Source: Elusimicrobiota bacterium
GTDB taxonomy: Bacteria > Elusimicrobiota > Endomicrobiia > CG1-02-37-114 > JAHJSO01
Assembly (NCBI GenBank): GCA_043826435.1
Contig: JBDRQF010000011.1
Location: forward strand, 1 to 64,000
Direction of reading: 5' to 3'
Length of the DNA stretch: 64,000 bases
Shown: in pieces, positions 8,998-19,865 of the stretch
Layout: each line of letters opens with the position of its first letter
How positions within the stretch are numbered: the stretch's first letter is position 1
Position numbers and translations under genes: made by a program
The notes under the pieces: model-generated
What the model was told of the DNA's origin: nothing
Database searches by the model: none
The model's input: only the letters and a program-made list of their open reading frames with translations

Positions 8998-9696
8998 TTA
9001 GTTCGTTTTATTCTTTAACAATAATTGTCTGTTTCCTTGAGTTTTTAAGCGGATTAGCGCCTGTTTTGCAGATTCCTGTTCAGCTTCCTTTTTACTGTTG
9101 CCCGTGCCTTTACCGAATACTTTCTTTTTTATCCGGACGACCATCTCAAAGACCTTTTTATGTTCAGGTCCTGATTCTTTCGTTACCTCGTAAGATGGCA
9201 GTGCCTTGCTTTGGGACTGGACTATTTCCTGGAGTTTTGACTTGTAATCGTACTCCAGGGAAAGTTTCTTGTTTGCGATGTATTCCCGGACGAACTTTTT
9301 TGCCGTATCAAAGCCCCTGTCAAGATAGATTGCCCCTATCATCGCTTCAAGGGTGTCGGCGAGCATGTTGTCCCTGTCCCTGCCCCCCGTTATCTCTTCA
9401 CCCTTGCTCATCAGGACGTAATTGCCCAGATTGATTTTTCTTGACCAGCCGGCGAGGACACCCCTTGAAACGATCTGCGATTTAAGTTTCGCCAGGTAGC
9501 CCTCGGGGGAGGCCGGGAATCTTGCAAACAGATATTCTGCGACGACGCATGACAACACGCTGTCGCCGAGGAACTCAAGCCGTTCGTTATAAACGTCCGA
9601 TTTATTTTCCATGGCGTACGACTTGTGCGTCCGCGCCTCTGTCAGCAGTTTCTGGCTACGAAATTTTACTCCAAGAACAGATTCCAGTTCAGTCAT
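8998..9696 (-). CDS. rnc: Ribonuclease III
   Basis: NERLEFLGDSVL signature plus dsRBD (DYKSKLQE...SKKEAEQ); ATG at 9696 preferred over TTG at 9702. Confidence 0.96.
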   Translation of the reverse strand: MTELESVLGVKFRSQKLLTEARTHKSYAMENKSDVYNERLEFLGDSVLSCVVAEYLFARFPASPEGYLAKLKSQIVSRGVLAGWSRKINLGNYVLMSKGEEITGGRDRDNMLADTLEAMIGAIYLDRGFDTAKKFVREYIANKKLSLEYDYKSKLQEIVQSQSKALPSYEVTKESGPEHKKVFEMVVRIKKKVFGKGTGNSKKEAEQESAKQALIRLKTQGNRQLLLKNKTN

Positions 9697-10936
9697 TCCC
9701 AAATTTTTTTACGACGATAACGGCATTATGCCCGCCGAAACCCAGTGAATTTGAAATGGCGCAGGTTATCTGTGCTTCCCGCGCCTTGTTCGGAACATAG
9801 TCCAGGTCGCACTCAGGGTCGGGGGTTTCATAGTTTATCGTCGGATGAATAAACCCGTTATTCATGCACAACACTGTGGCGGCGAGTTCAATTGCACCCG
9901 CAGCCCCAAGCAGGTGCCCTGTCATTGATTTCGTTGAAGATACCGGTATCTTGTAAGCCCGTTCACCGAATACCTTTTTTAAGGCCATGGTTTCCGTTTT
10001 GTCGTTCAGTGGGGTGGAAGTGCCGTGTGCATTTATGTAGTCAATATCGGCAGGCGTTACGCCTGCGTCCTCAATAGCCCGCTGTATCGCCTTAATTGCA
10101 GCAACTGCCTCCGGGTGGGGCGCCGTGATATGGTATGCATCGTCAGTCGCTCCGTAGCCGGCGAGTTCAGCGTATATCCTTGCACCGCGGCTTTTTGCGT
10201 GTTCTAAGGTTTCAACGACGAATATCGCCGCTCCTTCTCCCATAACGAAACCGTCCCTGTCCTTGTCAAAAGGCCGCGATGCCTTCTGCGGCTGGTCGTT
10301 TCTCGCAGAGAGCGCCCTGGCCGCACAGAACCCCGCCAAACTCAGCGGCGTTATGCCTGCTTCTGCGCCGCCCGTTATCATCACGTCCGCATCCCCGTAT
10401 CTTATCAGACGCAGGGCATCTCCCAGGGCATGGTTTGCGCTGGCGCACGCGCTCACTGTCGCGTAATTGGGCCCCTGGAAACCGCAGTCCATGGCGATTT
10501 CTCCGCCCGCCATGTTTATAATTTCCATCGGTATGAGAAACGGGCTGACCCTTTTCGGGCCTTTTTCCAGCAGGTTTTTGTATTCCGCCTCAATGGTTGA
10601 AATACCGCCGATACCCGACCCGACTACTATACCCGCCCGCGAAAGGTCTATCTTTGCAGTATCCAGTTTTGCGTCTTCAATCGCCATCTTTGCGGCGACT
10701 ACGGCAAACTGCGTAAACCTGTCCATCCTTCTGGCTTTCTTTTTGTCAATGAAATTTTCAGGATTGAAGTTTTTGACTTCCGCTGCAAATTGCGTGGTGA
10801 ACTGCGACGTGTCAAAAAGGGTAATCGGACCGACAGCATCGCTTTTGCCCGACCGCAGGGCTTCGGTAAAGTCCGCAAGCCCCATACCCAAGGGAGAAAC
10901 AACCCCCATTCCGGTAATGACAACTTGTTTCTTCAT
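9689..10936 (-). CDS. fabF: 3-oxoacyl-ACP synthase II
   Basis: SACAS, NAHGTST and KSMTGHLLGAAG catalytic motifs. Confidence 0.96.
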   Translation of the reverse strand: MKKQVVITGMGVVSPLGMGLADFTEALRSGKSDAVGPITLFDTSQFTTQFAAEVKNFNPENFIDKKKARRMDRFTQFAVVAAKMAIEDAKLDTAKIDLSRAGIVVGSGIGGISTIEAEYKNLLEKGPKRVSPFLIPMEIINMAGGEIAMDCGFQGPNYATVSACASANHALGDALRLIRYGDADVMITGGAEAGITPLSLAGFCAARALSARNDQPQKASRPFDKDRDGFVMGEGAAIFVVETLEHAKSRGARIYAELAGYGATDDAYHITAPHPEAVAAIKAIQRAIEDAGVTPADIDYINAHGTSTPLNDKTETMALKKVFGERAYKIPVSSTKSMTGHLLGAAGAIELAATVLCMNNGFIHPTINYETPDPECDLDYVPNKAREAQITCAISNSLGFGGHNAVIVVKKFGND

Positions 10937-10966
10937 AGAGTCACCTCAAATCAAACCCGTGCAGGG

Positions 10967-11212
10967 TTATTTTTGTACCTGGTGGGATTTAATGTAATCC
11001 ACCGCCTGGCCCACCGTAGTGATCTTTTCCGCCTCTTCATCCGGTATTTCCATACCGAAATCTTCTTCAAAAGCCATTACCAGTTCAACGGTGTCAAGCG
11101 AGTCGGCACCCAGGTCATTGATGAAGTGTGACTGCGGCGTTACTTCAGCGGGGTCAACCCCTAAACGCTCAACGATAATTTCCTTTACCCTTGTTTCAAT
11201 GTCGTTTGACAT
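10967..11212 (-). CDS. acpP: Acyl carrier protein
   Basis: [14 protein letters not shown] phosphopantetheine site. Confidence 0.97.
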   Translation of the reverse strand: MSNDIETRVKEIIVERLGVDPAEVTPQSHFINDLGADSLDTVELVMAFEEDFGMEIPDEEAEKITTVGQAVDYIKSHQVQK

Positions 11213-11247
11213 TTCTCCTACCTCCTGTTTTAAAATTGGTGCAGCGG

Positions 11248-12000
11248 TTACATATACATCCCGCCGTTTACGGAAAGGACATGGCCCGTTATGTAGCAGG
11301 AATCATCGCTACTTAAAAATATGACCGCCTTTGCAACGTCCTCCGGCTCTCCAAGCCGGCCGACAGGTATAAGTTCGGATAATTTCTTTTTCTGTTCTTC
11401 GGAGAGTGATTCAGTCATCCGTGTTCTTATGAAGCCGGGTGCGATGGCGTTTACGAGAATGTTGCGGCCTGCCAGTTCACGGGCGCAGGTTTTTGTTAGC
11501 GCTATTACCCCGCCCTTTGAAGCGGAATAATTTATCTGTCCGGGATTTCCCATAAGCCCGACGACTGAGGCGATGTTTATTATCCTGCCCGAACGCTGTT
11601 TCATCATCACCTTGCCGGCCGATTTCGTACAATTGAAAACGCCCTTCAGGTTGATGTCAATGACTGAGTCCCACTCCTGTTCGCTCATCCTTATTATGAG
11701 ATTGTCCCGGGTGATGCCTGCATTATTGACGAGAATATCAATCTTTGAAAATTTTTCAAGCGCCAGTTTTACCATGTTTTCAACGTCCGCCGGGTTTGAA
11801 ACGTCCGTCTTCACGGAGAGCGTTTGCGCCCCGGACTGTTTTGATATTTCTTCCGCGGCGTTTTTCGCCAGTGTTTCGTCTATGTCGGATATGACGATGT
11901 TTGCGCCCTCCATGGCAAGGGCTGACGCTATCGCCTTCCCTATGCCCTGCGCCGCGCCGGTTACGATTGCGACCCTGTCAAGAAGTTTTTTTTCGCACAT
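11248..12000 (-). CDS. fabG: 3-oxoacyl-ACP reductase
   Basis: [21 protein letters not shown]; fab cluster context. Confidence 0.95.
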   Translation of the reverse strand: MCEKKLLDRVAIVTGAAQGIGKAIASALAMEGANIVISDIDETLAKNAAEEISKQSGAQTLSVKTDVSNPADVENMVKLALEKFSKIDILVNNAGITRDNLIIRMSEQEWDSVIDINLKGVFNCTKSAGKVMMKQRSGRIINIASVVGLMGNPGQINYSASKGGVIALTKTCARELAGRNILVNAIAPGFIRTRMTESLSEEQKKKLSELIPVGRLGEPEDVAKAVIFLSSDDSCYITGHVLSVNGGMYM

Positions 12001-12016
12001 TTTAGTTTTTTCGCTG

Positions 12017-12973
12017 TCATACGGCTGATGTCAGTTCCGCTATTGTTCTATCAAGTGTTGCAATGTCGGAGACATTCAGTGTCTTTATTCTTTTGTCTAT
12101 CCGTTTAGCAAGCCCGGTGAGGATATTGCCCGGCCCGATTTCAATGAATGCGTCAGCCCCGGATTCAATCATAGCCTTCACCGATTTCTCCCACAACACC
12201 GGTCTGTTTATCTGGCCCGCAAGTTTGCTCTTTATTTCTTCCGATGTTTTTGACGGTTGGGCGTCAACGTTTGTAACGACCGAAAAATCAGGGTTTCTGA
12301 AATTATATCCTTCAAGTTCCTTTTGCATTTTTTGCGACGCTTCGTTCATCAGCGACGAGTGGAAAGCCCCGCTTACGGCAAGCGGTATCGCCTTGAGCGC
12401 ACCCCTCTCCTTTGCATTTAACACGACCGCCTGGACCGTGTTTAATGAGCCGGATATGACTATTTGTCCCGGGGCATTGAAATTGACGAGTTCCGCGACG
12501 CCGCCGTTCTGCGACTGCATTTCCCTGCAGAGTCCGGCGAGTTTTGTTTCGTCAAGCCCGACGATTGCAGCCATTGTCCCCGGGGTTTTTTGGCAACAGT
12601 CCTCAATGAACTCAGCCCGTTTTTGGACAAGTTGAAGCCCTGTTGAAAAATCAAACACACCTGCGGCATAAAGGGCGGTATATTCGCCCAGCGAGTGGCC
12701 TGCGGAGCAAATGCTCCCTTCCAGAATTTTTGGATATTTCGTTTTTGTCGCTTCAAGGCATGCAACGGATGTTACAAAGACAGCCGGTTGAGTATTTATT
12801 GTTTGTTTTAGCGACTCTTCGGGCCCCTCAAATATCAATCTTTTTATGTCATAACCAAGTATTTTATTCGCTGATTCAAAAATTTCCTTTGCCGCAGAGA
12901 AAGCATCATGAAATTCCTTCCCCATTCCCACCTGCTGTGCGCCCTGTCCCGGAAAAACAATTGCGTATTTCAT
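12017..12973 (-). CDS. fabD: Malonyl-CoA:ACP transacylase
   Basis: FPGQGAQ, GHSLGEY and VSGAFHS motifs. Confidence 0.96.
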   Translation of the reverse strand: MKYAIVFPGQGAQQVGMGKEFHDAFSAAKEIFESANKILGYDIKRLIFEGPEESLKQTINTQPAVFVTSVACLEATKTKYPKILEGSICSAGHSLGEYTALYAAGVFDFSTGLQLVQKRAEFIEDCCQKTPGTMAAIVGLDETKLAGLCREMQSQNGGVAELVNFNAPGQIVISGSLNTVQAVVLNAKERGALKAIPLAVSGAFHSSLMNEASQKMQKELEGYNFRNPDFSVVTNVDAQPSKTSEEIKSKLAGQINRPVLWEKSVKAMIESGADAFIEIGPGNILTGLAKRIDKRIKTLNVSDIATLDRTIAELTSAV

Positions 12974-13034
12974 AATTCTATTACCCCCTGTAGCCGAATG
13001 TGTCCGAACTCACAGGCGGACGGAAACCCCGATT

Positions 13035-14021
13035 TCATAATTCTATAACCGCCGCCCCCCAGGTGAGTCCTCCGCCAAAAGCAATAAGTTCAACAATGTC
13101 CCCTGTTTTTACCCTGCCCTGTTGTCTCGCTTCGTCAAGTGCAATAATGGTTGTTGCAGCGGAGATATTTCCATATTTGTCCAGGTTTACAAATACCTTT
13201 TCTCTTGGAAGAGTAAGTCGTTCAGCAATGGCTTCTATAATTCTCAGGTTTGCTTGATGAGGTATCAGCAGGGCAAGGTCTTCAATCTTTTTCCCGCTGG
13301 CTTCCAGGGCTTTCCGGGATGCCTCCAGCATTTTCATGACGGCAAGTTTGAATACCTCTTTTCCTTCCATTCTTATAAAATGCAGTCCTTCCTTTACCGT
13401 CTTTTCACTGGCAGGCATTCTTGAGCCCCCAGCAGGTAGTTCCAGGATGTTGGAATATCTGCCATCCGCCTCCATGTAAACAGAAAGTATTTTGTTGGTT
13501 TCTGAACGGGTTAGAATTGCAGCACCAGCGCCATCGCCGAAGAGGATACAGGTTGTCTTATCCTTCCAGTTTGTAATTTTTGAAAGCATCTCGGCGCCTA
13601 CCAGCAGGCAGGTTTTGAAGGGGCCTGATTCTATCATTGATTTTGCAACTGCAAGGCCATAGATAAAACCGCTACATGCGGCGGAGATGTCAAAACACGC
13701 GGCTTTCCTTATATTCAGTTTCTGCTGGACGATACATGCGGTTGAAGGGAAGTACATATCCGGGAGGGTGGTGGCAACGATTATCAAATCAATATCACCG
13801 GGTAAAATTTTCGCATCCTCAATCGCCTTTTTGGCCGCCTCAACAGCCAGGTCTGATGTTACCATGTTTTCAGGGGCTATCCTTCTTTCCCTGATGCCTG
13901 TCCGTTCAATAATCCACTGGTCGGACGTATCAACCATCTTTTCCAGGTCAAAATTTGTTAGCACCTTTTCCGGCAGGTATGACCCGGTGCCTGCGATCCG
14001 GACTCCGAATTTTTCATTCAT
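13035..14021 (-). CDS. fabH: 3-oxoacyl-ACP synthase III
   Basis: AACSGF, PHQANLRI and YGNISAA catalytic triad motifs. Confidence 0.96.
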   Translation of the reverse strand: MNEKFGVRIAGTGSYLPEKVLTNFDLEKMVDTSDQWIIERTGIRERRIAPENMVTSDLAVEAAKKAIEDAKILPGDIDLIIVATTLPDMYFPSTACIVQQKLNIRKAACFDISAACSGFIYGLAVAKSMIESGPFKTCLLVGAEMLSKITNWKDKTTCILFGDGAGAAILTRSETNKILSVYMEADGRYSNILELPAGGSRMPASEKTVKEGLHFIRMEGKEVFKLAVMKMLEASRKALEASGKKIEDLALLIPHQANLRIIEAIAERLTLPREKVFVNLDKYGNISAATTIIALDEARQQGRVKTGDIVELIAFGGGLTWGAAVIEL

Positions 14022-15039
14022 TGTTGCCTTCCATTCTATATTTTTCCATTTCCCCGGATATTTTTTTATTTATGCCTTTTTTGACAAATTCGTTTGCGGC
14101 CCTGAGTGCATTTTTTATCGCCTTTGAATTTGATATGCCGTGACAGATAATACACACACCGTCTATACCCAGCAGCGGGGCGCCGCCGTATTCGGAATAA
14201 TCAATACGTTTCCTGAGGTCTTTCAGCGCTCCCCAGAGAAAAGGTATTGAAAGGAATGCAAGCGGGTGTTTCTTCAATTCCAATTTTATCAGTTTAAACA
14301 GCATCTCTGCAACCCCCTCGCCGAATTTCAGAACGATGTTACCCGTAAAACCGTCGCATACAACCACATCCGCCTTCCCATGGGGGATGTCCTTGCCTTC
14401 AATGTTCCCGATAAAGTTGAGGTCTGTCCCGGAAATCAGGTCGTATGCCTCAAGGGTCAGCTCATTGCCTTTATTCCTTTCCTCGCCTATTGAGAGAAGG
14501 CCGACACGCGGGGACCGGATACCAAAGATATCTTTTACGTACGTGCTCCCCATTAGAGCAAATTGTAGTAAATTTTTAGGTTTGCTGTCAACATTCGCGC
14601 CGACATCCAGTATGATGCAGGCGCCCGTAAGCGTCGGCATTAAGGTTGTTATTGCAGGCCTCGTTATACCCGGCAGGCGGCGCATCAGCATTAATGAACA
14701 CGCCATAACCGCCCCCGAGTTGCCTGCAGAAACGACTGCGCCCGCTTTGCGCTGCGCTACCAGTTGGGTGGCTACGGCGATTGAAGAATCCCTTTTTGCC
14801 CGGACGGCAGCCGCAGGGGACTCGTCCATACCTATATTTTCTTTAGCGTGGTGAACCGTTATTTTTTCAGGGTCGTATTTATATTTTGATAATTCGTCCC
14901 TGAGTTTTTTTTCATCACCGACCAGTATTACCCGGATGCCCAGATCGTCCGACGCCCGTACCGCGCCTTCAACGTTTACCCCTATGCCGCCGTCGCCGCC
15001 CATTGCATCCAGGGCTACCGGGAGATTGTTATTGTCCAT
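14014..15039 (-). CDS. plsX: Phosphate acyltransferase
   Basis: ALDAMGGD, SAGNSGA, DVGANVD and VCDGFTGN motifs. Confidence 0.96.
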   Translation of the reverse strand: MDNNNLPVALDAMGGDGGIGVNVEGAVRASDDLGIRVILVGDEKKLRDELSKYKYDPEKITVHHAKENIGMDESPAAAVRAKRDSSIAVATQLVAQRKAGAVVSAGNSGAVMACSLMLMRRLPGITRPAITTLMPTLTGACIILDVGANVDSKPKNLLQFALMGSTYVKDIFGIRSPRVGLLSIGEERNKGNELTLEAYDLISGTDLNFIGNIEGKDIPHGKADVVVCDGFTGNIVLKFGEGVAEMLFKLIKLELKKHPLAFLSIPFLWGALKDLRKRIDYSEYGGAPLLGIDGVCIICHGISNSKAIKNALRAANEFVKKGINKKISGEMEKYRMEGNNE

Positions 15040-15040
15040 A

Positions 15041-15247
15041 TCACCGCTTCCCGGCCTTTTCCTTTTTCTTTTCCTTTTTTATCACAACGAGTTCGCCGTT
15101 GTAAAACCCGCATGCCCCACACACCCTGTGCGGGAGTTTCGGCTCTCCGCACCCGGGGCATTTGCCGGTGTTTTGGGCTGCGATTTTCCAGTTTGCGCGG
15201 CGCATGTCACGCCGCATTCCTGAGTGTTTCTTTTTTGGACAAGGCAT
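15041..15247 (-). CDS. rpmF: 50S ribosomal protein L32 (Zn-ribbon type, Lys-rich tail)
   Basis: PKKKHS...CPGCG...PHRVCGACGFY; lies between yceD and plsX. Confidence 0.95.
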   Translation of the reverse strand: MPCPKKKHSGMRRDMRRANWKIAAQNTGKCPGCGEPKLPHRVCGACGFYNGELVVIKKEKKKEKAGKR

Positions 15248-15265
15248 TTTGTTATCCCTCTTAGT

Positions 15266-15679
15266 TTACTGTTTATTTGAACACTTGCACTTCTCTTTGT
15301 TAAGGTTTTGTCCGCAGGCAGGACACAACCCCCTGCACGACTCGCTGCAGACAAGTTTCATCGGAAGGGAAAGGAGCAGGTTCTCCCTTATCTCACCGTC
15401 AAGATTAAATTCATTACCGAATTCGTTTGTGTCAATCTTCCTTTTGTCTTTTGACAGGACATTGTATTTAAATTCTTCAAGGCATCTGTCACAAACAAAC
15501 GTTAATTCGCCGGACATAGCGGTTTTCAGCATTATGTCCGTGTCGCCGCTGATTTCAGCCATGAACGAAATTTCCAGCGGCGAATCCTGCCTGTGTCCGG
15601 TTTGTTCGCCGAGGGTGGCATCCCCGTATGTCCCCTCTATCCTCTTTTTCTTTTTTAATTCCTGTAAAGAAATTTTCAT
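15266..15679 (-). CDS. yceD: YceD/DUF177 family protein
   Basis: CDRCL and PMKLVCSESCRGLCPACGQNLN motifs; start moved to MKISLQ because a promoter lies inside the longer ORF call. Confidence 0.88.
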   Translation of the reverse strand: MKISLQELKKKKRIEGTYGDATLGEQTGHRQDSPLEISFMAEISGDTDIMLKTAMSGELTFVCDRCLEEFKYNVLSKDKRKIDTNEFGNEFNLDGEIRENLLLSLPMKLVCSESCRGLCPACGQNLNKEKCKCSNKQ

Positions 15680-15713
15680 ATTTAAAGACCGATGCTTACT
15701 TTCTTGTCCGCAT

Positions 15714-15743
15714 ATTATAACAAACATAAAATTGCTTTGTCAA
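15714..15743 (-). promoter_or_regulatory. sigma70 promoter of the yceD-rpmF-plsX-fab operon
   Basis: Minus strand TTGACA-18 nt-TATAAT with an extended -10 TG. Confidence 0.8.
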
Positions 15744-15802
15744 GTGTAAATGCAAAAACTTGGTAAATGCAAAAACATGGCAAATACAAAAAAACCGGTG
15801 TG

Positions 15803-16960
15803 TTACAGAAATGGCATAACTTCACGGGCGATTATAAGTTCTTCATCGGTCGGGATTACCATAACCTTTGTTGCGGAACCGCCTGCCGATATAACCCCTG
15901 AACTTACCGTACTGTTAAGAGCCCTGTCCAGGATTATACCCATTCCCTGTAAGTCGTCAAGGGATTTGCTCCTGATTAAAGGGGATTTTTCCCCTATGCC
16001 CGCAGTAAAAACAATTGCGTCAACCTTTCCGAGGACGGCATAATAGGCGCCTATGTATTTCCGGACCCTGTAGGTGAACATATCAATTGCAAGCTGAGCC
16101 CTTTCGTTACCTGCGGCGGCTTCGTCAATTAATGTCTTCATATCATTTGAAATCCCGGAAATGCCGTACAGCCCGCTCTGTCCTGTAAGCAGGGTATTTA
16201 TTTCGCTTAAAGTCAGTCCCTCGCTCGCCATAAGGTACGGGACTATCGCCGGGTCTATGTCGCCGCAGCGCGTCCCCATTATAAGCCCTTCAAGCGGGGT
16301 GAAACCCATTGATGTGTCCACGACACAGCCCTTCTTTACCGCAGTTATACTGCAGCCGTTACCAAGGTGACATGTAATTATATTGATGTCCGTCATCTCT
16401 TTGCCGAGTATTCCTGCTGCCGTCATTGATACATACCGGTGCGATATACCGTGAAATCCGAACCTGCGTATAGTGTATTTTCTGTAAAGGTAATAAGGCA
16501 ATGCGTAAAGATAAGAGTACCTCGGTATGGTGGAATGAAATGCCGTATCAAAGACTGCGATATTTTTTGCCCCGGGCAGGATTTTTTCAATCATCTCAAT
16601 GCCTGACAGGTTATGCGGGTTGTGAAGAGGCGCCAGCTGGAAACATTTTTTTATTTCCTGTTTGACGGCGTCCGTTACCGGTACTGAATTGCGTAGTTTT
16701 TCGCCGCCATGCACGACCCTGTGGCCGACGGCAGTGATACTGCCTTTTTCAATATGTCCGAGAATATATTCAAGAGCCGTCTTGTGGTCGGGTATGTTGC
16801 ATATTTCTTTGGATTCCGGCTCATCTGAACGGTATGACAGGACACAGGCGTCCTTTGAAGATATCCTTTCAACAGACCCCCGTGCTATACGGTTAAGGTC
16901 CCTGTCAAAAATGGAATATTTTATGGAAGAAGAACCGCAGTTTAAAACCAGTATTCTCAT
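15803..16960 (-). CDS. ackA: Acetate kinase
   Basis: LNCGSSSIKY, GHRVVHGG, APLHNP, GFHGISH, HLGNG and TDEE motifs. Confidence 0.96.
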   Translation of the reverse strand: MRILVLNCGSSSIKYSIFDRDLNRIARGSVERISSKDACVLSYRSDEPESKEICNIPDHKTALEYILGHIEKGSITAVGHRVVHGGEKLRNSVPVTDAVKQEIKKCFQLAPLHNPHNLSGIEMIEKILPGAKNIAVFDTAFHSTIPRYSYLYALPYYLYRKYTIRRFGFHGISHRYVSMTAAGILGKEMTDINIITCHLGNGCSITAVKKGCVVDTSMGFTPLEGLIMGTRCGDIDPAIVPYLMASEGLTLSEINTLLTGQSGLYGISGISNDMKTLIDEAAAGNERAQLAIDMFTYRVRKYIGAYYAVLGKVDAIVFTAGIGEKSPLIRSKSLDDLQGMGIILDRALNSTVSSGVISAGGSATKVMVIPTDEELIIAREVMPFL

Positions 16961-16976
16961 AAGTTAAATGTAGGGT

Positions 16977-17450
16977 TTATTTTTGTTTCCGGTATAGTTC
17001 CGAGGGGACCGCCAGTTCCCAGTCGTGTTCGTCGTAGTTGATTAATTCGCTCATCCTGAAGAAAAACTCTATTTCCCTCACTGCATTTTCAACTGAGTCG
17101 GCGGCGTGTACCAGGTTACGCGTGCCGTCCGTCCCGTACAGTTTTCTGAGAGTACCCGGTTCTGCGCTCTTTGAGTGGGTGGAGCCGATTATATTCCTGA
17201 CGCGCCTGACGGCGTTTTCGCCCTCCCACACGCTCACTATAAGGGGGCCTGTCAGTATGAACTCTACAAGGGGGACGAAGAAATCCCTGTCCTTGTGAAT
17301 AGAGTAAAAATTTTCAACCAGGGGGCGGGCCGGCCTGAACATTTTCATTGCAATAAGTTTCAACCCGTCCGTTTCAAGCCGGTCAATTATTTTTCCGGCC
17401 ACCTTTTTTCCGATACCGTCCGGTTTGATTACAAGGCATGTTTTTTCCAT
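16977..17450 (-). CDS. ndk: Nucleoside diphosphate kinase
   Basis: IKPDG, PGTLR and NLVHAADS (catalytic His); start uncertain (17450, 17471 or 17489). Confidence 0.93.
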   Translation of the reverse strand: MEKTCLVIKPDGIGKKVAGKIIDRLETDGLKLIAMKMFRPARPLVENFYSIHKDRDFFVPLVEFILTGPLIVSVWEGENAVRRVRNIIGSTHSKSAEPGTLRKLYGTDGTRNLVHAADSVENAVREIEFFFRMSELINYDEHDWELAVPSELYRKQK

Positions 17451-17501
17451 TTTTTTGTCAGTATCCTCCATAGTGATTGGATGTCGCACAGGGCGTTCGC
17501 G

Positions 17502-18557
17502 TTATTTTAATTTTGATATTATCGCGTCTGCGGTTTCCGACATCTTTGCCGTTCCCCCAAGGTCATAGGTAAGGTGTTTGCCTTCCCGAATCACTGCGGC
17601 TACCGCATTCTCCAGTGATTGTGCGGTCTGCGTTTCGCCTATGTGTTCAAGCATAAGTTCGGCCGACAATACCATCGCAATAGGGTTCACCTTGTTTTGT
17701 CCAGTATATTTCGGGGCGGAGCCGTGGACCGCTTCAAAAACCGCGATACCGTCTCCGATGTTCGCCCCGGGAGCAACACCAAGCCCTCCGACCAGGCCGG
17801 CGCAAAGGTCCGACAGGATGTCCCCGTAGAGGTTCGGCAGGACGAGCACGTCGTAAAGGTGCGGTTTCTGGACGAGTTGCATGCACATGTTGTCAACGAG
17901 TTTTTCTTCGTATTCAATTTTGGGGTAGTCCTTTGCTACACCCCTGCCCGCATCAAAGAAAAGCCCGTCGGTAAATTTCATAATGTTCGCCTTGGTGACG
18001 GACGTAACCTTCCTGCGGCCGTGCCGGACGGCGTATTCAAAAGCGAACCGGACTATTCTTTCGGATGCCTGTTTTGAAATCGGCTTTATTGATATGGCGC
18101 TGCCCTTCCTTATTTTTCCTCCGGAGAGGGCTATGATTTTTTCAGCCCCTTCGCTTCCCGGTTCAAATTCAATGCCAGCGTAGAGGTCTTCGGTATTTTC
18201 ACGGACTATTATTATGTCAACATCCGTATATTTTGAAACAATACCCCGGTAGATTTTACACGGCCTGAGGCATGCAAAAAGATTGAGTTCCTGTCTTATT
18301 GAAACGTTTACCGAGCGGAAGCCCGTCCCGATGGGAGTGGTGATCGGCCCCTTTAGCGCAACCTTATTTTTTCGGATTGAGTCCAGCGTTTCTTTGGGAA
18401 GCGGAGTGCCGTATTCTTTCAGCGCTGTTTCTCCGGCGGGCATAATTTCCCAGTCAACGTTCAGCCCCGCGGCGGAGAGTATCCTTTTGACGCAGTCGGT
18501 TATTTCCGGGCCTGTCCCGTCACCGGGTATCAGCGTGATTGTGTGTTTTTGATTCAT
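17502..18557 (-). CDS. Isocitrate/isopropylmalate dehydrogenase family, probably NAD-dependent isocitrate dehydrogenase
   Basis: [33 protein letters not shown] and FEAVHGSAP motifs. Confidence 0.88.
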   Translation of the reverse strand: MNQKHTITLIPGDGTGPEITDCVKRILSAAGLNVDWEIMPAGETALKEYGTPLPKETLDSIRKNKVALKGPITTPIGTGFRSVNVSIRQELNLFACLRPCKIYRGIVSKYTDVDIIIVRENTEDLYAGIEFEPGSEGAEKIIALSGGKIRKGSAISIKPISKQASERIVRFAFEYAVRHGRRKVTSVTKANIMKFTDGLFFDAGRGVAKDYPKIEYEEKLVDNMCMQLVQKPHLYDVLVLPNLYGDILSDLCAGLVGGLGVAPGANIGDGIAVFEAVHGSAPKYTGQNKVNPIAMVLSAELMLEHIGETQTAQSLENAVAAVIREGKHLTYDLGGTAKMSETADAIISKLK

Positions 18558-18588
18558 TTTGTATTCTCCTAGTTCCGGGCGAGCACAT

Positions 18589-18634
18589 CCATCTTGCGGC
18601 GCTTTCCTGTTGTCTCAGACCCATCTTGCGGCGC
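18589..18634. repeat. 14-bp direct repeat CCATCTTGCGGCGC x2
   Basis: Exact copies at 18589-18602 and 18621-18634, in the gap between the glycan locus and the dehydrogenase gene. Confidence 0.75.
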
Positions 18635-18657
18635 CTTACTTAATCCCGCCACCGGTT

Positions 18658-19842
18658 TTACCGCAGCGAATATTTAAGCAATTGTTTTATGTAAAGGTCT
18701 CCCTGTTGCCGGACCATATAATCAATGTCAAATGTCTCGTCAATGGAATCCCTGGCAGTTTCCCCGATTTTCCGGCTTAGAACGGGGTCCTTCAGCAGGG
18801 TTATTACTCTTTCGGAAAGTTTATTTATATCCTTCGGTTCTGCAAGGAAACCGGTCTCGCCGTCCTGCACTATGTCAACAAGCCCGTCAACCCCGTAAGC
18901 CACGACGGGCTTTGCAAGGCACATCGCCTCAACGGCCGCCCTGGGGAGCCCCTCCCAGAGTGACGTTAATACGAACACGTCCGTAATTGAAAGGATACGG
19001 CTGATGTCTTTCCTCCAGTTTAGAAGGAGGACGTTCTGTTTTATGCCCGCCTCGGATATCATATTTTCAATCAGGGGCCTTTGTTCACCGTCCCCGACTA
19101 TAAGGAATTTCGTGCCCGGGACACGTTTCAGGATAATTGAAGCCGCAGTTACGAAGTCAGCCAGATTCTTTTGCGGCTTAAACGGGCCTATTGTTGTTAC
19201 GGTTTTCTCCCCTCCGGCGATTCCGATTTCGTTCCTTACGGAGTTCTTTTCATCCTCCGCCAGTTTCGTTTTCCTGTAATCGGAAAGCCGTATCCCGCTG
19301 CGGACAAGGACGTACTTTTTTTCATCCCCTATTTTATTTTTGACGGCCGTGTTAACATTGCTTCTGGAAACGGCTACAAGGACGTCGCTTACGGTCGCAG
19401 TCCATTTTTCAGCTGTCAGGAATAACGTTCTTGTAAGTTTTTTCTGGTAGTCGTTGAACCCGAAGCCATGGAAGGTGTGGATTATAATTTTTATGCCTGC
19501 AAAATGCGCCGCCCACCTGCCGATGATTCCCGCTTTTGAAGAGTGGGTATGGACTATGTCGGGTTTTTCCCTCTTCAATATAAGATATATTTGTACCAGG
19601 GCGGATATATCCCTCAGGGGGCTTACCTGCCTTACGAGGTTCCGGATGAAGAATAATTTTATGCCCGGTATCATCCTTTTCGCTTCGTCGTCAAGGATAC
19701 CGCCGGTGCCGGCCAGGAGTAGCGGTTCAAACAAAAGCGGGTCCAGGTGCGAGACGGTATAGAGTGTGTTCTGCTGCGCCCCGCCGAGTTCCAGCATTGT
19801 TATTATGTGGGCTACCTTTATTTTTTTTGTTTCCGGTGACAT
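18658..19842 (-). CDS. GT4 family glycosyltransferase
   Basis: GGAQQ, VHTHSSKAG and SLWEGLPRAAVEAM motifs. Confidence 0.92.
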   Translation of the reverse strand: MSPETKKIKVAHIITMLELGGAQQNTLYTVSHLDPLLFEPLLLAGTGGILDDEAKRMIPGIKLFFIRNLVRQVSPLRDISALVQIYLILKREKPDIVHTHSSKAGIIGRWAAHFAGIKIIIHTFHGFGFNDYQKKLTRTLFLTAEKWTATVSDVLVAVSRSNVNTAVKNKIGDEKKYVLVRSGIRLSDYRKTKLAEDEKNSVRNEIGIAGGEKTVTTIGPFKPQKNLADFVTAASIILKRVPGTKFLIVGDGEQRPLIENMISEAGIKQNVLLLNWRKDISRILSITDVFVLTSLWEGLPRAAVEAMCLAKPVVAYGVDGLVDIVQDGETGFLAEPKDINKLSERVITLLKDPVLSRKIGETARDSIDETFDIDYMVRQQGDLYIKQLLKYSLR

Positions 19843-19865
19843 ATATTTTTCTTCCGTTTTTATTG

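Noticed and set aside
18589..18634. Mini CRISPR array
   Set aside because: Only two 14-bp repeats with an 18-bp spacer and no cas genes.
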